Below are positions 12,428-23,200 of a DNA stretch of 41,444 nt, piece by piece. This DNA comes from Macrostomum lignano (Eukaryota), in assembly GCA_002269645.1 (NCBI GenBank), contig NIVC01004576.1, positions 1-41,444 of the forward strand. The letters run 5' to 3'. Positions within the stretch are counted from its first letter, which is position 1. Every line of letters begins with the position of its first letter. The position numbers and the translations under genes were made by a program. Below the pieces are notes generated by a model. The model made no database searches, had not been told where the DNA came from, and was given only the letters and a program-made list of their open reading frames with translations.

Positions 12428-13370
12428 ACGATTGCTGACTGTGTGTGGCTATGGCAAAAAGAGACCGGAGTGCAGTGCTGAGACGAAATATGAAGCCCTG
12501 CTAGGTGGGCCGATCGATATTTTTTTTCAGACGATAAATAATAATCACGCCGCCAGAGTGGGGGTAGTGAATCTCCGCACTTAAATTTCATGAATTGTAC
12601 GTACTGTACGAAAGCCCGATGTACACACGAGCGTGAGCACTACAGACAGAAGAGAGGAGGGAGAGAGGACAGAGGAGAAAGCCATGAGTTGCTTATGAGG
12701 ATTTTTAGTCCCACCTATGCTACATCGTTTCTTACCTCTAACCCCTGAACCAGGGTCTTTCCAAGCTTAGAAATGCGCAATAAGAATTATTCTGTGTCAT
12801 TGAATTTTATTCCTACCTGCAGCGCATTAAAATGTTTTTGCGATGTGCCTGATAGTTCCCCATAAATAGGAATTCTAGTGTCTACAACTGCACAGAAAGC
12901 GTACATTCCATCCATACGTTTTTTCTGAAGCGAATGTTAACTTTGATGCGAGCAGATGTAGTGTACGTAGAGGCTTGGTAATTCGAAGAGAAATATGGCA
13001 ATCAATACTTAAAGTTTTTTTACGAATATTTTTAGTGAAATTTGCCTTCACCCTGGATCGTCCCCAAAAACTGCGTTTTGTATTATTGCTTTTTGCAGCC
13101 CATTCGGGCTTACGCGCATTGAATTTAATCCAAGATACGTTTGTCAAAGTAGCGGAGCTTTCGTGGAGCTTCATTGGCAAAGGCTGCAGAGGAGCATCAT
13201 CATCCCCAGAATTGTTGACCCTATGCTAGGCTGTCGAGCGAATGCCATTGGCTTGTGATCGAAGCGCTGGACATTGCAAGGTTGCAAGATTGCGTTGAAA
13301 CCACTGCCGGCAGATATCACTTGCTAAAGGGTAGCAATCGTCAAGGCAAGTTGCTCGAGAGCCTCAGATC

Positions 13371-13728
13371 CATGGATGAAGGAATAGAAAGGATCGCTCA
13401 TCTGAAAGCGAGTCTACGGCCAAGACTTCTTTAAAATTGGGATATTCCCCCATGAATTTCATTGGCTGCTGGAATTTAATAATAGTCCCCCCTAAGTTCT
13501 TACTGGCTGCAGCTTGTACGCGGGGGAAATTCCAAAGTCACGATTAACGTTAGACATCGTGAATTCTCCCGCGTACAAGCTTCAGCCAGTAAGAACTTAG
13601 GGGGACTACGAGTATTATTAAATTCAAGCAGCAAATGAAATTCATGGGGCGAAATATCTCAATTTTTAGGAAGTCTTGGCCCTAGACTCGCTTACAGATG
13701 AGCGATCCTTTCTATTCCTTCATCCATG
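13371..13728. mobile_element. 358-bp foldback MITE, hAT-type, 8-bp TSD CTCAGATC
   Basis: Arms of about 165 bp are near-perfect inverted repeats (CATGGATGAAGGAATAGAAAGGATCGCTCATCTG... / ...CAGATGAGCGATCCTTTCTATTCCTTCATCCATG) around a short loop; CTCAGATC at 13363-13370 and 13729-13736. Confidence 0.9.
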
Positions 13729-13762
13729 CTCAGATCCAACTGCTACTCGATGCAGTTGAGAC

Positions 13763-13798
13763 CATAGATCTTGTATCTTATAGAATATAAGATCTATG
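13763..13798. mobile_element. 36-bp minimal hAT-type insertion, 8-bp TSD GTTGAGAC
   Basis: CATAGATCTT...AAGATCTATG inverted ends; GTTGAGAC at 13755-13762 and 13799-13806. Confidence 0.8.
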
Positions 13799-14255
13799 GT
13801 TGAGACGAACCCTTTGTTGACGGTGCAGAAAATACAGCAGAAGTTGAAGGAACAGTTCCAGTTGGTTATCAAATTTCGGAAAAGCGACTGAAAATGGTTC
13901 GTAGAGACGCTGGTATTCCACCGGTACGCAACAACCCACAGAGGATTGCGAGAAGGCAGGAGTTTGCCGAATGGCTCACGATCAGCGTTTGGACTAAATT
14001 GATGCTTGTTGGACCAAATTAAATACCGCTTTGCCAGCCTTGCCACCATAGACAAAAGCTCCATTGCATTTATAGCAAAAACCTATCCTGGATTAAATTC
14101 ATTCTTATTTGAGCCAGCGTGCGGGAATGAAGGCAGTCGTGCAGGAATGATACAATCCACGTAGGCTCAAGTGGGCGTCAAAAAGCTTATATTAATCGTC
14201 TCACAACCAGCGCTGAGCAATTCTGCCCTTTCCGCTGATTCCTGGGCGCATGTAA

Positions 14256-14522
14256 GCGCGCCAGGAATCGAACCAGGGGTTGTGGCACGAGATTTAGACG
14301 CGTTTACCACTGAGCTGCTCCGCCCCGAGAAGGCTTTGGTGCTGTACATGGTAAATGTAAATTAAGTCTCTTGACAATTCATACCCCATTCATGGAACTC
14401 ATCAATACTAGCTATACTGCAGTGATTACTCAACTGGTCACGTGATCATCTAGCAGCCGTTTCAGTCCGATGCCAAAAAGGTGAACGAGCACGCAGTCGT
14501 ACATTTTGGCGCCCACTGCGGG
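14256..14522 (-). repeat. Dispersed repeat with a tRNA-like Pol III segment (copy 1)
   Basis: Minus strand contains A-box-like AGCTCAGTGGTAAA and B-box GGTTCGATTCC; colinear with 34943-35175, most similar over the ATACTGCAGTGATTACTCAACTGGTCACGTGATC...TTTTGGCGCCCACTGCGGG block. Confidence 0.7.
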
Positions 14523-15169
14523 GTTTGCGAACAACTGGACTTGAAATATACTTATCAACATTGAAAAGTCGCCACTTTATGGACTATTCAGAAATACTAC
14601 GCTCTGGTTTTTGTTTTTGTTTCGCCCGCGCGAGTCACTGTATCAGTCCTAGCGGTCATTGGATACTGATCTAGTAGAAAGATAAAAGCTTAAGGAAACC
14701 CCGAGAACGGGTCAAAGAAGGCCAAATACGCTCGTAATAATGGCAAAAGTTTGTCCCAACAGATCAACGAAGCATCACCGAATTAAGTTCCGCCAGCGAG
14801 TTCTACTCCAGTATCGTTACTTTAGGTGTCGTCGCGTACTCGTATTTAAATATAAAAACGTCCTTTTACTCGGTCTCTGGTAAGCCGCCTGCTTCGAGTC
14901 ATTTTGTCTTTCCAGGAAGCTTGGTAGGCAGGGGCCGTACAGTCCCTTCTTGCCAGAGAGTCATAACGGCGTAAGAGCGGATACTATACTTTACCCATAC
15001 TTATACAGTAACCATGCAGTGTATCAGCACCAGAGTGTGTCGCAACACCTCTGGTAGCAACGCGAATTTTAAGCGTCATCACGTCGTCAGCGTCAGCGTC
15101 ATAGCGCCTGTCGGTATACCTGTACAATCGGCAGAGCTTGACAGCCTAAGTGCTATAAATAGTTTGTAA

Positions 15170-15305
15170 CGCCGCTCGTGGCCGCTAAACAGGCCGCTAA
15201 ACAGGCTGCTAAACAGGCCGCTAAACAGGCCGCTAAACAGGCTGCTAAACAGGCCGCTCATGAAACTGCTAAACAAGCCGCTAAACAGGCCGCTAAACAG
15301 GCAAA
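15170..15305. repeat. 12-bp minisatellite (GGCCGCTAAACA)n
   Basis: About 10 slightly varying tandem units; source of the AAKQ ORF. Confidence 0.92.
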
Positions 15306-16633
15306 CAGAAATGAGTCCACAGAAAAGTTATTTCACATCGCAACTCATAACCGCGGCATCTTTCGTGTTTAAGCATAAGCGTCTTTAAGTCAAACCTCAG
15401 ACTCCAAGATTTTGCGGCGTCTTCCAGGAGAAGTTCACAAAGCTTTGGTGAAAATCTGACTGAACAATCAATTTCTTCAATTATCATTTCCAACCGGCGT
15501 CTAAAACAACATCAACACCTTATTGATAGTTTGTAAACAAAAGAAGATTTATCGATGAAGATAGAATTGTTTATTTAGAAGCAGTGTTGATGCTGAATTG
15601 TAGATAATTTGTTAAAACAGCTTATTTTTGTCTGCTTTTGCTAAATTTGTGCTTCAAACTTTGCTCTTAAAAAATAAACACAAAAAACGCATTTCAACAT
15701 ATTGGAAAATTCATTGTTACTATTAGTAGTGACACACAGACAGAGCTTTGGCAAAAGCGATTTTACAACAACAGCGCATAAAAATATCGATAAATGTTAT
15801 GCTTTTGCTAGCAAATATTTCTGAAGGGTACAAGACAAGAGCAATTATTCTGAAACATCGAAAGATGATTGAGAACAATTGCAACATAGGTAAAGCTTAA
15901 CAACAATTGCAGAGGTGTCCTTCGGTGTAACGAAATCGTATTTTATTATAAAGTCATTAACAATACAACAACTTTGGTAGAATATTAGCCGTTTTTACTT
16001 AAAAATTTGTTATATCACTTTAGTTTTTTTTCTGCAAAAAATTTGACCGAACTCTGCAAAAACAAACCTGGTGGGAGTATAGGTGCATGGGATTATAGTG
16101 TGCAAAATTGAAGCTGTGTGTCAAATGGGTCAAAACATTGCTATAAATTGGTGCACGTGAAATCATGCGCTATCCGCAATTTCGGTAGGTTAAGACTTTT
16201 ATGGCTTGAGGAGACAGATTGTGGTGCATCGAGGTACCTAGAGACACATCATCGGAGTTATTGCAGAGACCCGAGGTAGGTTGCACGAAGACACTATGGA
16301 GTAGAGAAACCTAAATAGACATTAGAATTAGTGCATTTGGTAGATACTTTAGGGTACTTTCTAGGGCAGGAGAAAGCTGCTGGTCTCTGGAACATTCCTC
16401 GGAGTATGTCGCTACTTTAAGCCCAAACTTGTTTGAACATACGGACATTTGAACATCCCTAGAAGCCAAGTTGAATTTGCTATAATGTAGCAAAATTCAA
16501 TGAATTTCAGAAACAAATCATTCGTGCTGCGCTTAATAAATCAATCTCCGAGTTTGCACCGCCGCTATGGAACACAATCACGAAGTGTATCCATCCAATC
16601 TTTCGAAGCCTTGTTCGTTCATTTGCGATCGTT

Positions 16634-16995
16634 TCACACCCGGCCAATCAGAACCTCCTCGTTAGCCTCGGCCGTCTTCCGGTCAGGCGCCCGATCTTCC
16701 TTGAGCTTCCGGCTGTACAGCAGGAACAGACAGGCGGCCAAACCGCTCACCACAGCCGAGGCGATGACGAACGCCAGGCTGTAGCCGAACGACCAGGACA
16801 GCACGCGGACCAGCACCCTCGCCCTTGGGGCTTGGTCGGGGCCTCTGGCATCGGAAACGGCGGCCGCTGTAGTTGGCATCGGGCTGGCACCGATGCTCGT
16901 CATTAGTTCCCGAGGAAATTTGATCAACTTCCTGTCGGCCTGCTCGGCTCGAAGGATCCGGCTGTAGACGTCGATGCAGACGATTTGGCAGGCCA
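16634..16995 (-). CDS. Claudin/PMP22-superfamily host gene, last coding exon (end of TM3, ECL2, TM4, tail)
   Basis: CCATTGCAG acceptor ending 16996; the phase-1 join gives LFGLT-MACQIVCIDVY; TM4 LSWSFGYSLAFVIASAVVSGLAACLFLLY then basic SRKLK; TGA at 16634-16636. Confidence 0.78.
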
Positions 16996-17084
16996 CTGCA
17001 ATGGTGCAGAGTTGGGTTACGTTGTGTCCTGGTTGCAGTGGCCTTTGCTAAACAAAGGTTTTTTGTGTGTTATGTTTCAGGTCC

Positions 17085-17284
17085 GCTTGATTTGCGGTTG
17101 TGTTCTGTTGCAGTTCTGTTTGGTTTGCGGTTGTGTTTTGTTGCAGTTCTGTTTGGTTTGCGGTTTGTGTTTTGTTGCAGTTCTGTTTGGTTTGCGGTTT
17201 GTGTTTTGTTGCAGTTCTGTTTGGTTTGCGGTTGTGTTTTGTTGCAGTTCTGTTTGGTTTGCGGTTTGTGTTTTGTTGCAGTTC
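17085..17284. repeat. 33/34-bp minisatellite, left part (interrupted by the Maverick)
   Basis: About 6 units of GTTGCAGTTCTGTTTGGTTTGCGGTT(T)GTGTTTT, in the same orientation as 31494-32290. Confidence 0.95.
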
Positions 17285-17793
17285 AGTAGAAGGCATGAGG
17301 GGGCTTCTGGGACAAAATTTTTCACGTCCTCCATAATCCACCTAAATCCATCCATATTATCCCTGACAGAATCAGAAAAAAGGGGGTCGCACTTGCTCCA
17401 AAAACTTCGAACGTAATCCCATTAAACCCATCCATATTATCCCTGACAGAATCAGAAAAAAGGGGGGGGTCGTACTCGCTCACAAAACGTCCTCCATAAT
17501 CCCATTAAATCCATCCGTATTATTCCCGACAGAATCAGAGCATAACAGGTGTCCTACTGTTATGCTCTGAGGGTTTATGCTCTGAGCATAACAGCTCTAA
17601 ATCCACCCATAGCATCTTCGAAACAATCAGAAAAAAATCTGCATTCTTCTCCCCACATTCAACTCACAACGCGAAGCGTTGAAACCAGATCCCTAAAACT
17701 TTAAATCCCCTAACCCAGGGTCCTTACCCTTTGAAAAAAAATAATAAATTCTCAATAAAAAATGTTTCCAGTTGTCTCTCCAGGTTCTTATTA
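17285..17793 (+). repeat. Left terminal inverted repeat (~510 bp)
   Basis: Reverse complement of 31003-31493 with scattered mismatches and indels; three internal subrepeats (TAAATCCATCC(A/G)TATTAT(C/T)CC(T/C)GACAGAATCAG) and GAGCATAA palindromes. Confidence 0.93.
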
Positions 17794-17902
17794 CAAAGCG
17801 CACGAGCCTAATTACAAGAGTAAGTACCAATGCAAACTCACAGACAAGTCACTGGTTGGAACAGCATCTAAATCAATTATCATTTTTTCACCTGTCCTAT
17901 GA
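17762..17902 (+). CDS. 46-aa ORF starting at the inner edge of the left TIR (paralogous N-terminus to 30795-31034)
   Basis: MFPVVSPGSYYKAHEPNYKSKYQCKL...; preceded by AAAAAATG; below the ORF-track cutoff. Confidence 0.4.
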   Translation: MFPVVSPGSYYKAHEPNYKSKYQCKLTDKSLVGTASKSIIIFSPVL

Positions 17903-18168
17903 AAAGTAGATTTGTCTTTTACTAAGTTGGATTTGGTGCTTTTAGTATCAAAAAGACCCTCTCCACTGTACAAGTCTAGTGGCTCAACTATCTTGCGTGG
18001 ATCTATATTTAGTAACAAAAAAAACGCAAAAGACTTTCAGACACAAAAGACCTCTCGCGAGCACAAAAGAGGTTAGTTTATTTGAACTGCTCAAAACGTC
18101 TGCCAAAAAGTTTTAATTTTAGCATCCAATAGAAGTGACTCATGCAAGTCGCTAGAAAACATACCATG

Positions 18169-18564
18169 TCAAATAGAATAGATAGGTATTAATGAATGAT
18201 AATGTCTCCTTGGTAATCCCAACTTTGCCTTACTAAAAATAACAGCTTTAACTAGCTTCCGAGCAATAGACTCGCGAAATCCGCTTGAAGCCCCTATATT
18301 GTCTAGTCTCCTAAGCATTTCTTTGTCCCAGCGATTCTTCTCCTCAGGAAAATCTCTATATTTAACGTCATGCCACATGCAGACAGAGTCTAGCTCATTC
18401 ACAGGCTCATGCCCAGGATTTGGATTATTGTTTTTATCTAACTGTATTTCAAGTTGATTTAAAGGCCCGCAATATTTGTACCCGGGAACTGTCCAGCCTT
18501 TGTTTGGATGAGGAAGCTTTTCTATCAGTCCATGTGAATCTAACTTACCACCAGAGCGTTGCAT
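18169..18564 (-). CDS. Parvovirus VP1u-type phospholipase A2 domain protein
   Basis: PGYKYCGPLN calcium-loop motif and D-x-x-C-x-x-HD-x-x-Y catalytic motif (LDSVCMWHDVKY). Confidence 0.88.
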   Translation of the reverse strand: MQRSGGKLDSHGLIEKLPHPNKGWTVPGYKYCGPLNQLEIQLDKNNNPNPGHEPVNELDSVCMWHDVKYRDFPEEKNRWDKEMLRRLDNIGASSGFRESIARKLVKAVIFSKAKLGLPRRHYHSLIPIYSI

Positions 18565-18593
18565 TATTTTATTTAAAATTTTATTTTTAAAAA

Positions 18594-19631
18594 ATGACAG
18601 ATCAGAAACTTAAAAAGCTCTACTACAGTGACAAAGGATTCTTTGTAGGAAAAAATGCAGTCATCAAACTCGCAGAACTAAGTAAGGAACCAAAAGCTAA
18701 AGTAGAAAAGTGGCTCTCTAAGCAGGCTGTCTTTCAAGTCTATTTCCCACCAGTAAAATTTGAAAGGCCCCATTTCAGTATTTATAAACCTAATGAGGCG
18801 CACCAAGCAGATCTTCTGTTTCTACCCAATGACTCGGGCTACAAGTATGCTCTCACAATTACAGACGTTGCCTCCAGATATAAGGAAGCAAGACCGCTTA
18901 AGACGAAGAAGTCAGAAGCAGTTGCAACCGCACTCCAAGATATTTATAAAAACTCTCCGCTCACATACCCCCAAATCTTTATGACGGACCCTGGTAAAGA
19001 ATTCATGGGTGCAGTCAAATCCCTTATGGAAAAGAAAAATGCAGAGATTCACTATGGCAGAACAGACTTGCACAGAGACCAGGCTTTTGTGGAAAGATTC
19101 AATCTAACTCTAGCCAAGAGACTATTCACTAAGCAGACAGCACAAGAACTCAAACTGAGTGCGGGCCAATACTATACAAAATGGACAGACCGCCTCCCCA
19201 CTGTTATAGAACAACTGAACAATGAAGTCACACGCATGACTGGATTGAAACCGTCCCATGCAATTAAACAAGACACTGTCGAACTTAAGGCATCTCATAG
19301 AACAGACAACAACACGACAACCCCACACAACACACACAACACAAAACACACCTCGAACTACCCTAAGCTTCCAGGAGTTGAATCACCATACATACTGACA
19401 AACTCTGAGTTTCTACGCTTTTTATATCTACATGGAGAGCTAGAGAAGAACACCAAAAGAAGAGCTACAGATCCATACTTCAGCCTTGATGTACATAAAA
19501 TTGACAGACATTTTACCTCCGACTCCGGTGACTATTACTTTTTATCTCAAGCCTTTAACCCTAAATCCCCCACATGGTCATTCACTAGAGCTGAACTCCT
19601 AGTGATACCAGCTGACACGGAAATTAATTAA
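18594..19631 (+). CDS. Retroviral-like (rve) DDE integrase of the Maverick
   Basis: HQADL, ITDVASRY, MTDPGKEF, VERFNLTL (D-D-E triad intact); uninterrupted 345 aa. Confidence 0.95.
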   Translation: MTDQKLKKLYYSDKGFFVGKNAVIKLAELSKEPKAKVEKWLSKQAVFQVYFPPVKFERPHFSIYKPNEAHQADLLFLPNDSGYKYALTITDVASRYKEARPLKTKKSEAVATALQDIYKNSPLTYPQIFMTDPGKEFMGAVKSLMEKKNAEIHYGRTDLHRDQAFVERFNLTLAKRLFTKQTAQELKLSAGQYYTKWTDRLPTVIEQLNNEVTRMTGLKPSHAIKQDTVELKASHRTDNNTTTPHNTHNTKHTSNYPKLPGVESPYILTNSEFLRFLYLHGELEKNTKRRATDPYFSLDVHKIDRHFTSDSGDYYFLSQAFNPKSPTWSFTRAELLVIPADTEIN

Positions 19632-19648
19632 AATATTAAAATAAAAAA

Positions 19649-20095
19649 ATGACAAAGATTGAAACCAGAACCATCAATAAACTCAATAAAATCATTGAAT
19701 CAAAGAAACCAGGTCTTAAATCAATTAAAGGTATCAAAGTAAAAATCGATCCCACGCAGCAAATAGTTCAATGTAATGAACAAAGACACAGCATCACAGA
19801 TGAAAAGTCAGGAGGAATCCTACCATTAGCAGCTCTTATTCCAATCATTGCAGGCGCTGTAAGTGCCGCAGGTGGTGTAGCTGGAGGTGTAGCAACTGCT
19901 GTTAAAGCTGGTAATGATAGAGCCCACCAGCTAGAATTGCAAAAGATTGCAAGAGACAAAGGTATAACAATTAAGGCAGGAGATGGTTGCCCCGATCGTG
20001 ATGATTGTGAGCATGAAAATTCTGTAAGCAAGTCTGACATTGTCAAAGCCATCATGACACTGCACAATGCTGGGTTTACAATAATGCGCATGTGA
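19649..20095 (+). CDS. Putative virion core protein with an adenovirus pX-like hydrophobic segment
   Basis: Basic N-terminus, then SGG-ILPLAALIPIIAGAVSAAGGVAGGVATAV, resembling the adenovirus pX C-terminus (GGILPLLIPLIAAAIGA) after a GG protease-type site. Confidence 0.7.
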   Translation: MTKIETRTINKLNKIIESKKPGLKSIKGIKVKIDPTQQIVQCNEQRHSITDEKSGGILPLAALIPIIAGAVSAAGGVAGGVATAVKAGNDRAHQLELQKIARDKGITIKAGDGCPDRDDCEHENSVSKSDIVKAIMTLHNAGFTIMRM

Positions 20096-20218
20096 TGAGG
20101 TTTAAAACCCCACTTTATCCAGCTTCATAAACCTAACGCTACTGATAGGATGTAGAAACAGTTCAACTTTTCTATCAGGGTGGTCACCCTCAAAATTTTT
20201 TTTTATTTTAGAGAAAAA

Positions 20219-23200
20219 ATGCCAAAAGCCAATCCAGCAAAAGATTTAGTCAACAAATATTTTTCAAAAGGCGTCTCATTTCAAGACAAAAGTAATTTAC
20301 TAAGAAAAGCATGCAAGCAAAATTTTAACACCGACCCTGGTCACCTGGGAAGCTATGAAAAACAGTTGGAAATCATCAATCAATTAGAATCCAACCAGTA
20401 TGCGCCTATAAAAAATCCTGCAAAGGAACACCAAGAGAGGAGTCGCAACTTAATTAACAAATACGAAACTCTCACTGGTGAAAAAGCAAAGTACCCACAA
20501 AATAAGCAGGAACAAGAGAAATTAGAGCAATTAATCCATTTATAAGAGTCGGAGCTTGCCATTGAAGAGATTAATTTTGCACAGAGGAAGTTTACAGAAC
20601 ATTACATAGAGTACTCAATCCCAATAAACGACACCAACCAAATTAACGCCACCAACAACACCACCGCAAACATCTACGACTATAAAGACAGCATCCAATC
20701 AGTTGTTGATCCACACTCAAAACACGCAAGACCTTTAAACTACAGATATCATTCAAGATTGCGTTTTATATGCCTGCAAAACCCACTGAGCATCTCGAGT
20801 ATTACATGACAACAAAGGCAAAGCCATTCACCCCAACAGACACACTGGATCCTTTCCTTCAAGATGTCAATAAGAAAATTGAAGCGTTTACATCCAGAGG
20901 TTCCGGATGGGTCGTGGGAGGGATTCAAAGAGCGACTGTCATGGTCATGAAATATGACCCACTTAAAGCCTCCTCTTATATAGAGCTCCCGCATAAGCTA
21001 ACCGGCAAAAAAGCTTGCATAAATGTTAAAAATAAAGACAATTGCTGTGCTCTATGGGCAGTACTTTCTGCACTTCTTCATGATAGTGTCCCTCACCACC
21101 CCGAAAGAACCTCAAATTATCAAAATTATTTCACTACTATCTCATCGAATGTGAAAAGAAGGGAATCAGGTTTGATAAAGGAGGCTTGGCGATCTCTCAG
21201 ATCCCAAAGCTAGAAGAAGTGTTTAATAACAAAATTAGAATCACAGTCTTTGAGTGGAGTGAGAAAACTGAGAAAGTTCAACCAGTCAGATGTAGCAAAG
21301 ACGTTTTAGATCCCGAGGGGAAAAGGCGGACTGAAGTGGATCTTCTAGTGATTGGTAATTTACTAGAGGAGGCTCACTATGTTTGGATTAAAGATCTTTC
21401 AAGACTCATTCACAAGCAGTTGAATAATCATCACGAGGCTGTTGCCATCTGCCGCTTGTGCCTTAAGCATTACAGTGGACCTGAACGCTTTGAAAAACTA
21501 GCAGAGCATGAATTATCATGCGAGGATCACCCAACAAACTGCTCTCTTCCTTCAGCTGAAGAGAAGTATCTCCGGTTTAAGAACTATCATAAGATGGAGA
21601 AGCTCCCATTTGTTGTATATGCTGATTTCGAATGCTCAATCATGCCAGAAACTCAAAAACGAACTCAAACTCAAAAACATGTCCCCAATTCAGTAGCATA
21701 TGCTTTATTACTACAAAAGGACTTGTTGAGTATAATTATTTCTTTGGAGAGCAGTGTGTGGAGCAGTTTATTGCCAGAATGTTAGAGTTGCAAAAAGTGA
21801 TTAGCACCCTTCAACCTGTTCCAATAAGTATGTCTGAGGAGGATGAAAGCAATTTCCTATCAGCAACTCATTGCCACATCTGCAGGAAACAGTTAACTTG
21901 CACTAATATTAAAAACCCCACCGTTAGGGACCACTGCCACTTTACTGGGAAATTTAGAGGTGCAGCGCATAACACCTGTAATCTAAAGCTAAAATCGAAC
22001 ATTCATGATCTAACGATATTTTGTCACAACGCAAAGAACTATGACATGCATTTAATAGTTGAAAAAATCGGCATGATTCCAGACATACACCTTGACTGCA
22101 TCGCAGAGAACAAGGAGAAGTTTAAGTGTGTTGATATTAAACAGGATAATTCGGGTACAGGTAAAATAAGACTGAAGGATTCATATCAATTTCTAGCTGC
22201 CAGTCTAGACGAACTAAGCAAGAATCTAAAAGATGAACAATGTACATATACAAAGATGTTTGCAAGTAAAATTACAACAGTGATGAATCATTTAAACTCC
22301 TGAGAACCAAAGGCTTCTACCCCTATGAAAATATTACTGGGTATCACGTATTTGAAGAAGGTTTACCACCAAAGAAAAGTTCTTTTCAAAGCTAACAGAC
22401 TCTGGAATCTCTGACAAAGACTATGAGCACGCGAAGCATGTCTATAATTACTTTAATTGTCAAAACTTCTTCCAGTATCACCTGCTTTACCTCTTCACAG
22501 ATGTGTTTCTGCTGGCTGATGTGTTTGAAACCTTCAGATATACCTGGTACACAGCATATGGCCTCGATCCAGCACATTATGTGTCTCTGCCTGCCACTAG
22601 CTGGGAATCTTTGCTTAAAATGAAATGGGATCAAGATCCAGATTGGTACATTGAACTTCTTACAGACATTGACATGTACAATTTTGTCGAATCGTCAAAG
22701 CGAGGGGGAATCTCAATTTGCGTTAACAGGTATGCAAAAGCAAACAATCCCTACATTGAATCTTACAATAAGGAGCAGCCCTCAAACTACATTACTTACT
22801 TGGACGCTAATAATCTCTACGGGTGGGCGATGAGTCAAGATCTTCCAGTTAGAGATTTTCGATGGCTACCCTCATCAGAATTCAAATGGGACTTTTCATT
22901 GGCTGCCATTTATGAGGTTGATGTTTACATTCCACCAGAGCTTCACGACTATTTCTCTGACTTTCCACCCTTCCCAGAGAACATCAAGTGCCCGAAAATA
23001 ATCGAAACTCCCAATGATATTAATGGAACTTGGCACCTGTCAGGAACAGAAAAAGAACATACAGAGAAACTAACACAGAATCTAAACAACAAGACACGTT
23101 ACAAAATCCATTACAAACTGCTTCAGTATTTTATCTCACTTGGTTGCAGGGTCACCAAAGTTCACCGGGCTCTTACATTTACAGAGGAAGCGTGGATGAA

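Noticed and set aside
12540-12600. TGGCGGCG on the minus strand as a Gypsy primer-binding site
   Set aside because: Not preceded by an LTR-ending CA, and no matching 3' LTR near 10250-10360.
13720-14064. ORF containing VARLAKRYL, resembling a hAT dimerisation domain
   Set aside because: Similarity is limited to a few residues, the downstream SERxFS motif is absent, and the ORF runs through the 36-bp insertion.
14256-14330. Functional tRNA gene
   Set aside because: A and B boxes are present but the acceptor and anticodon stems do not pair properly; treated as a tRNA-derived repeat.
15079-15372. AAKQ-repeat ORF downstream of a TATAAATA
   Set aside because: 12-bp minisatellite; no ATG start and no non-repetitive coding content.
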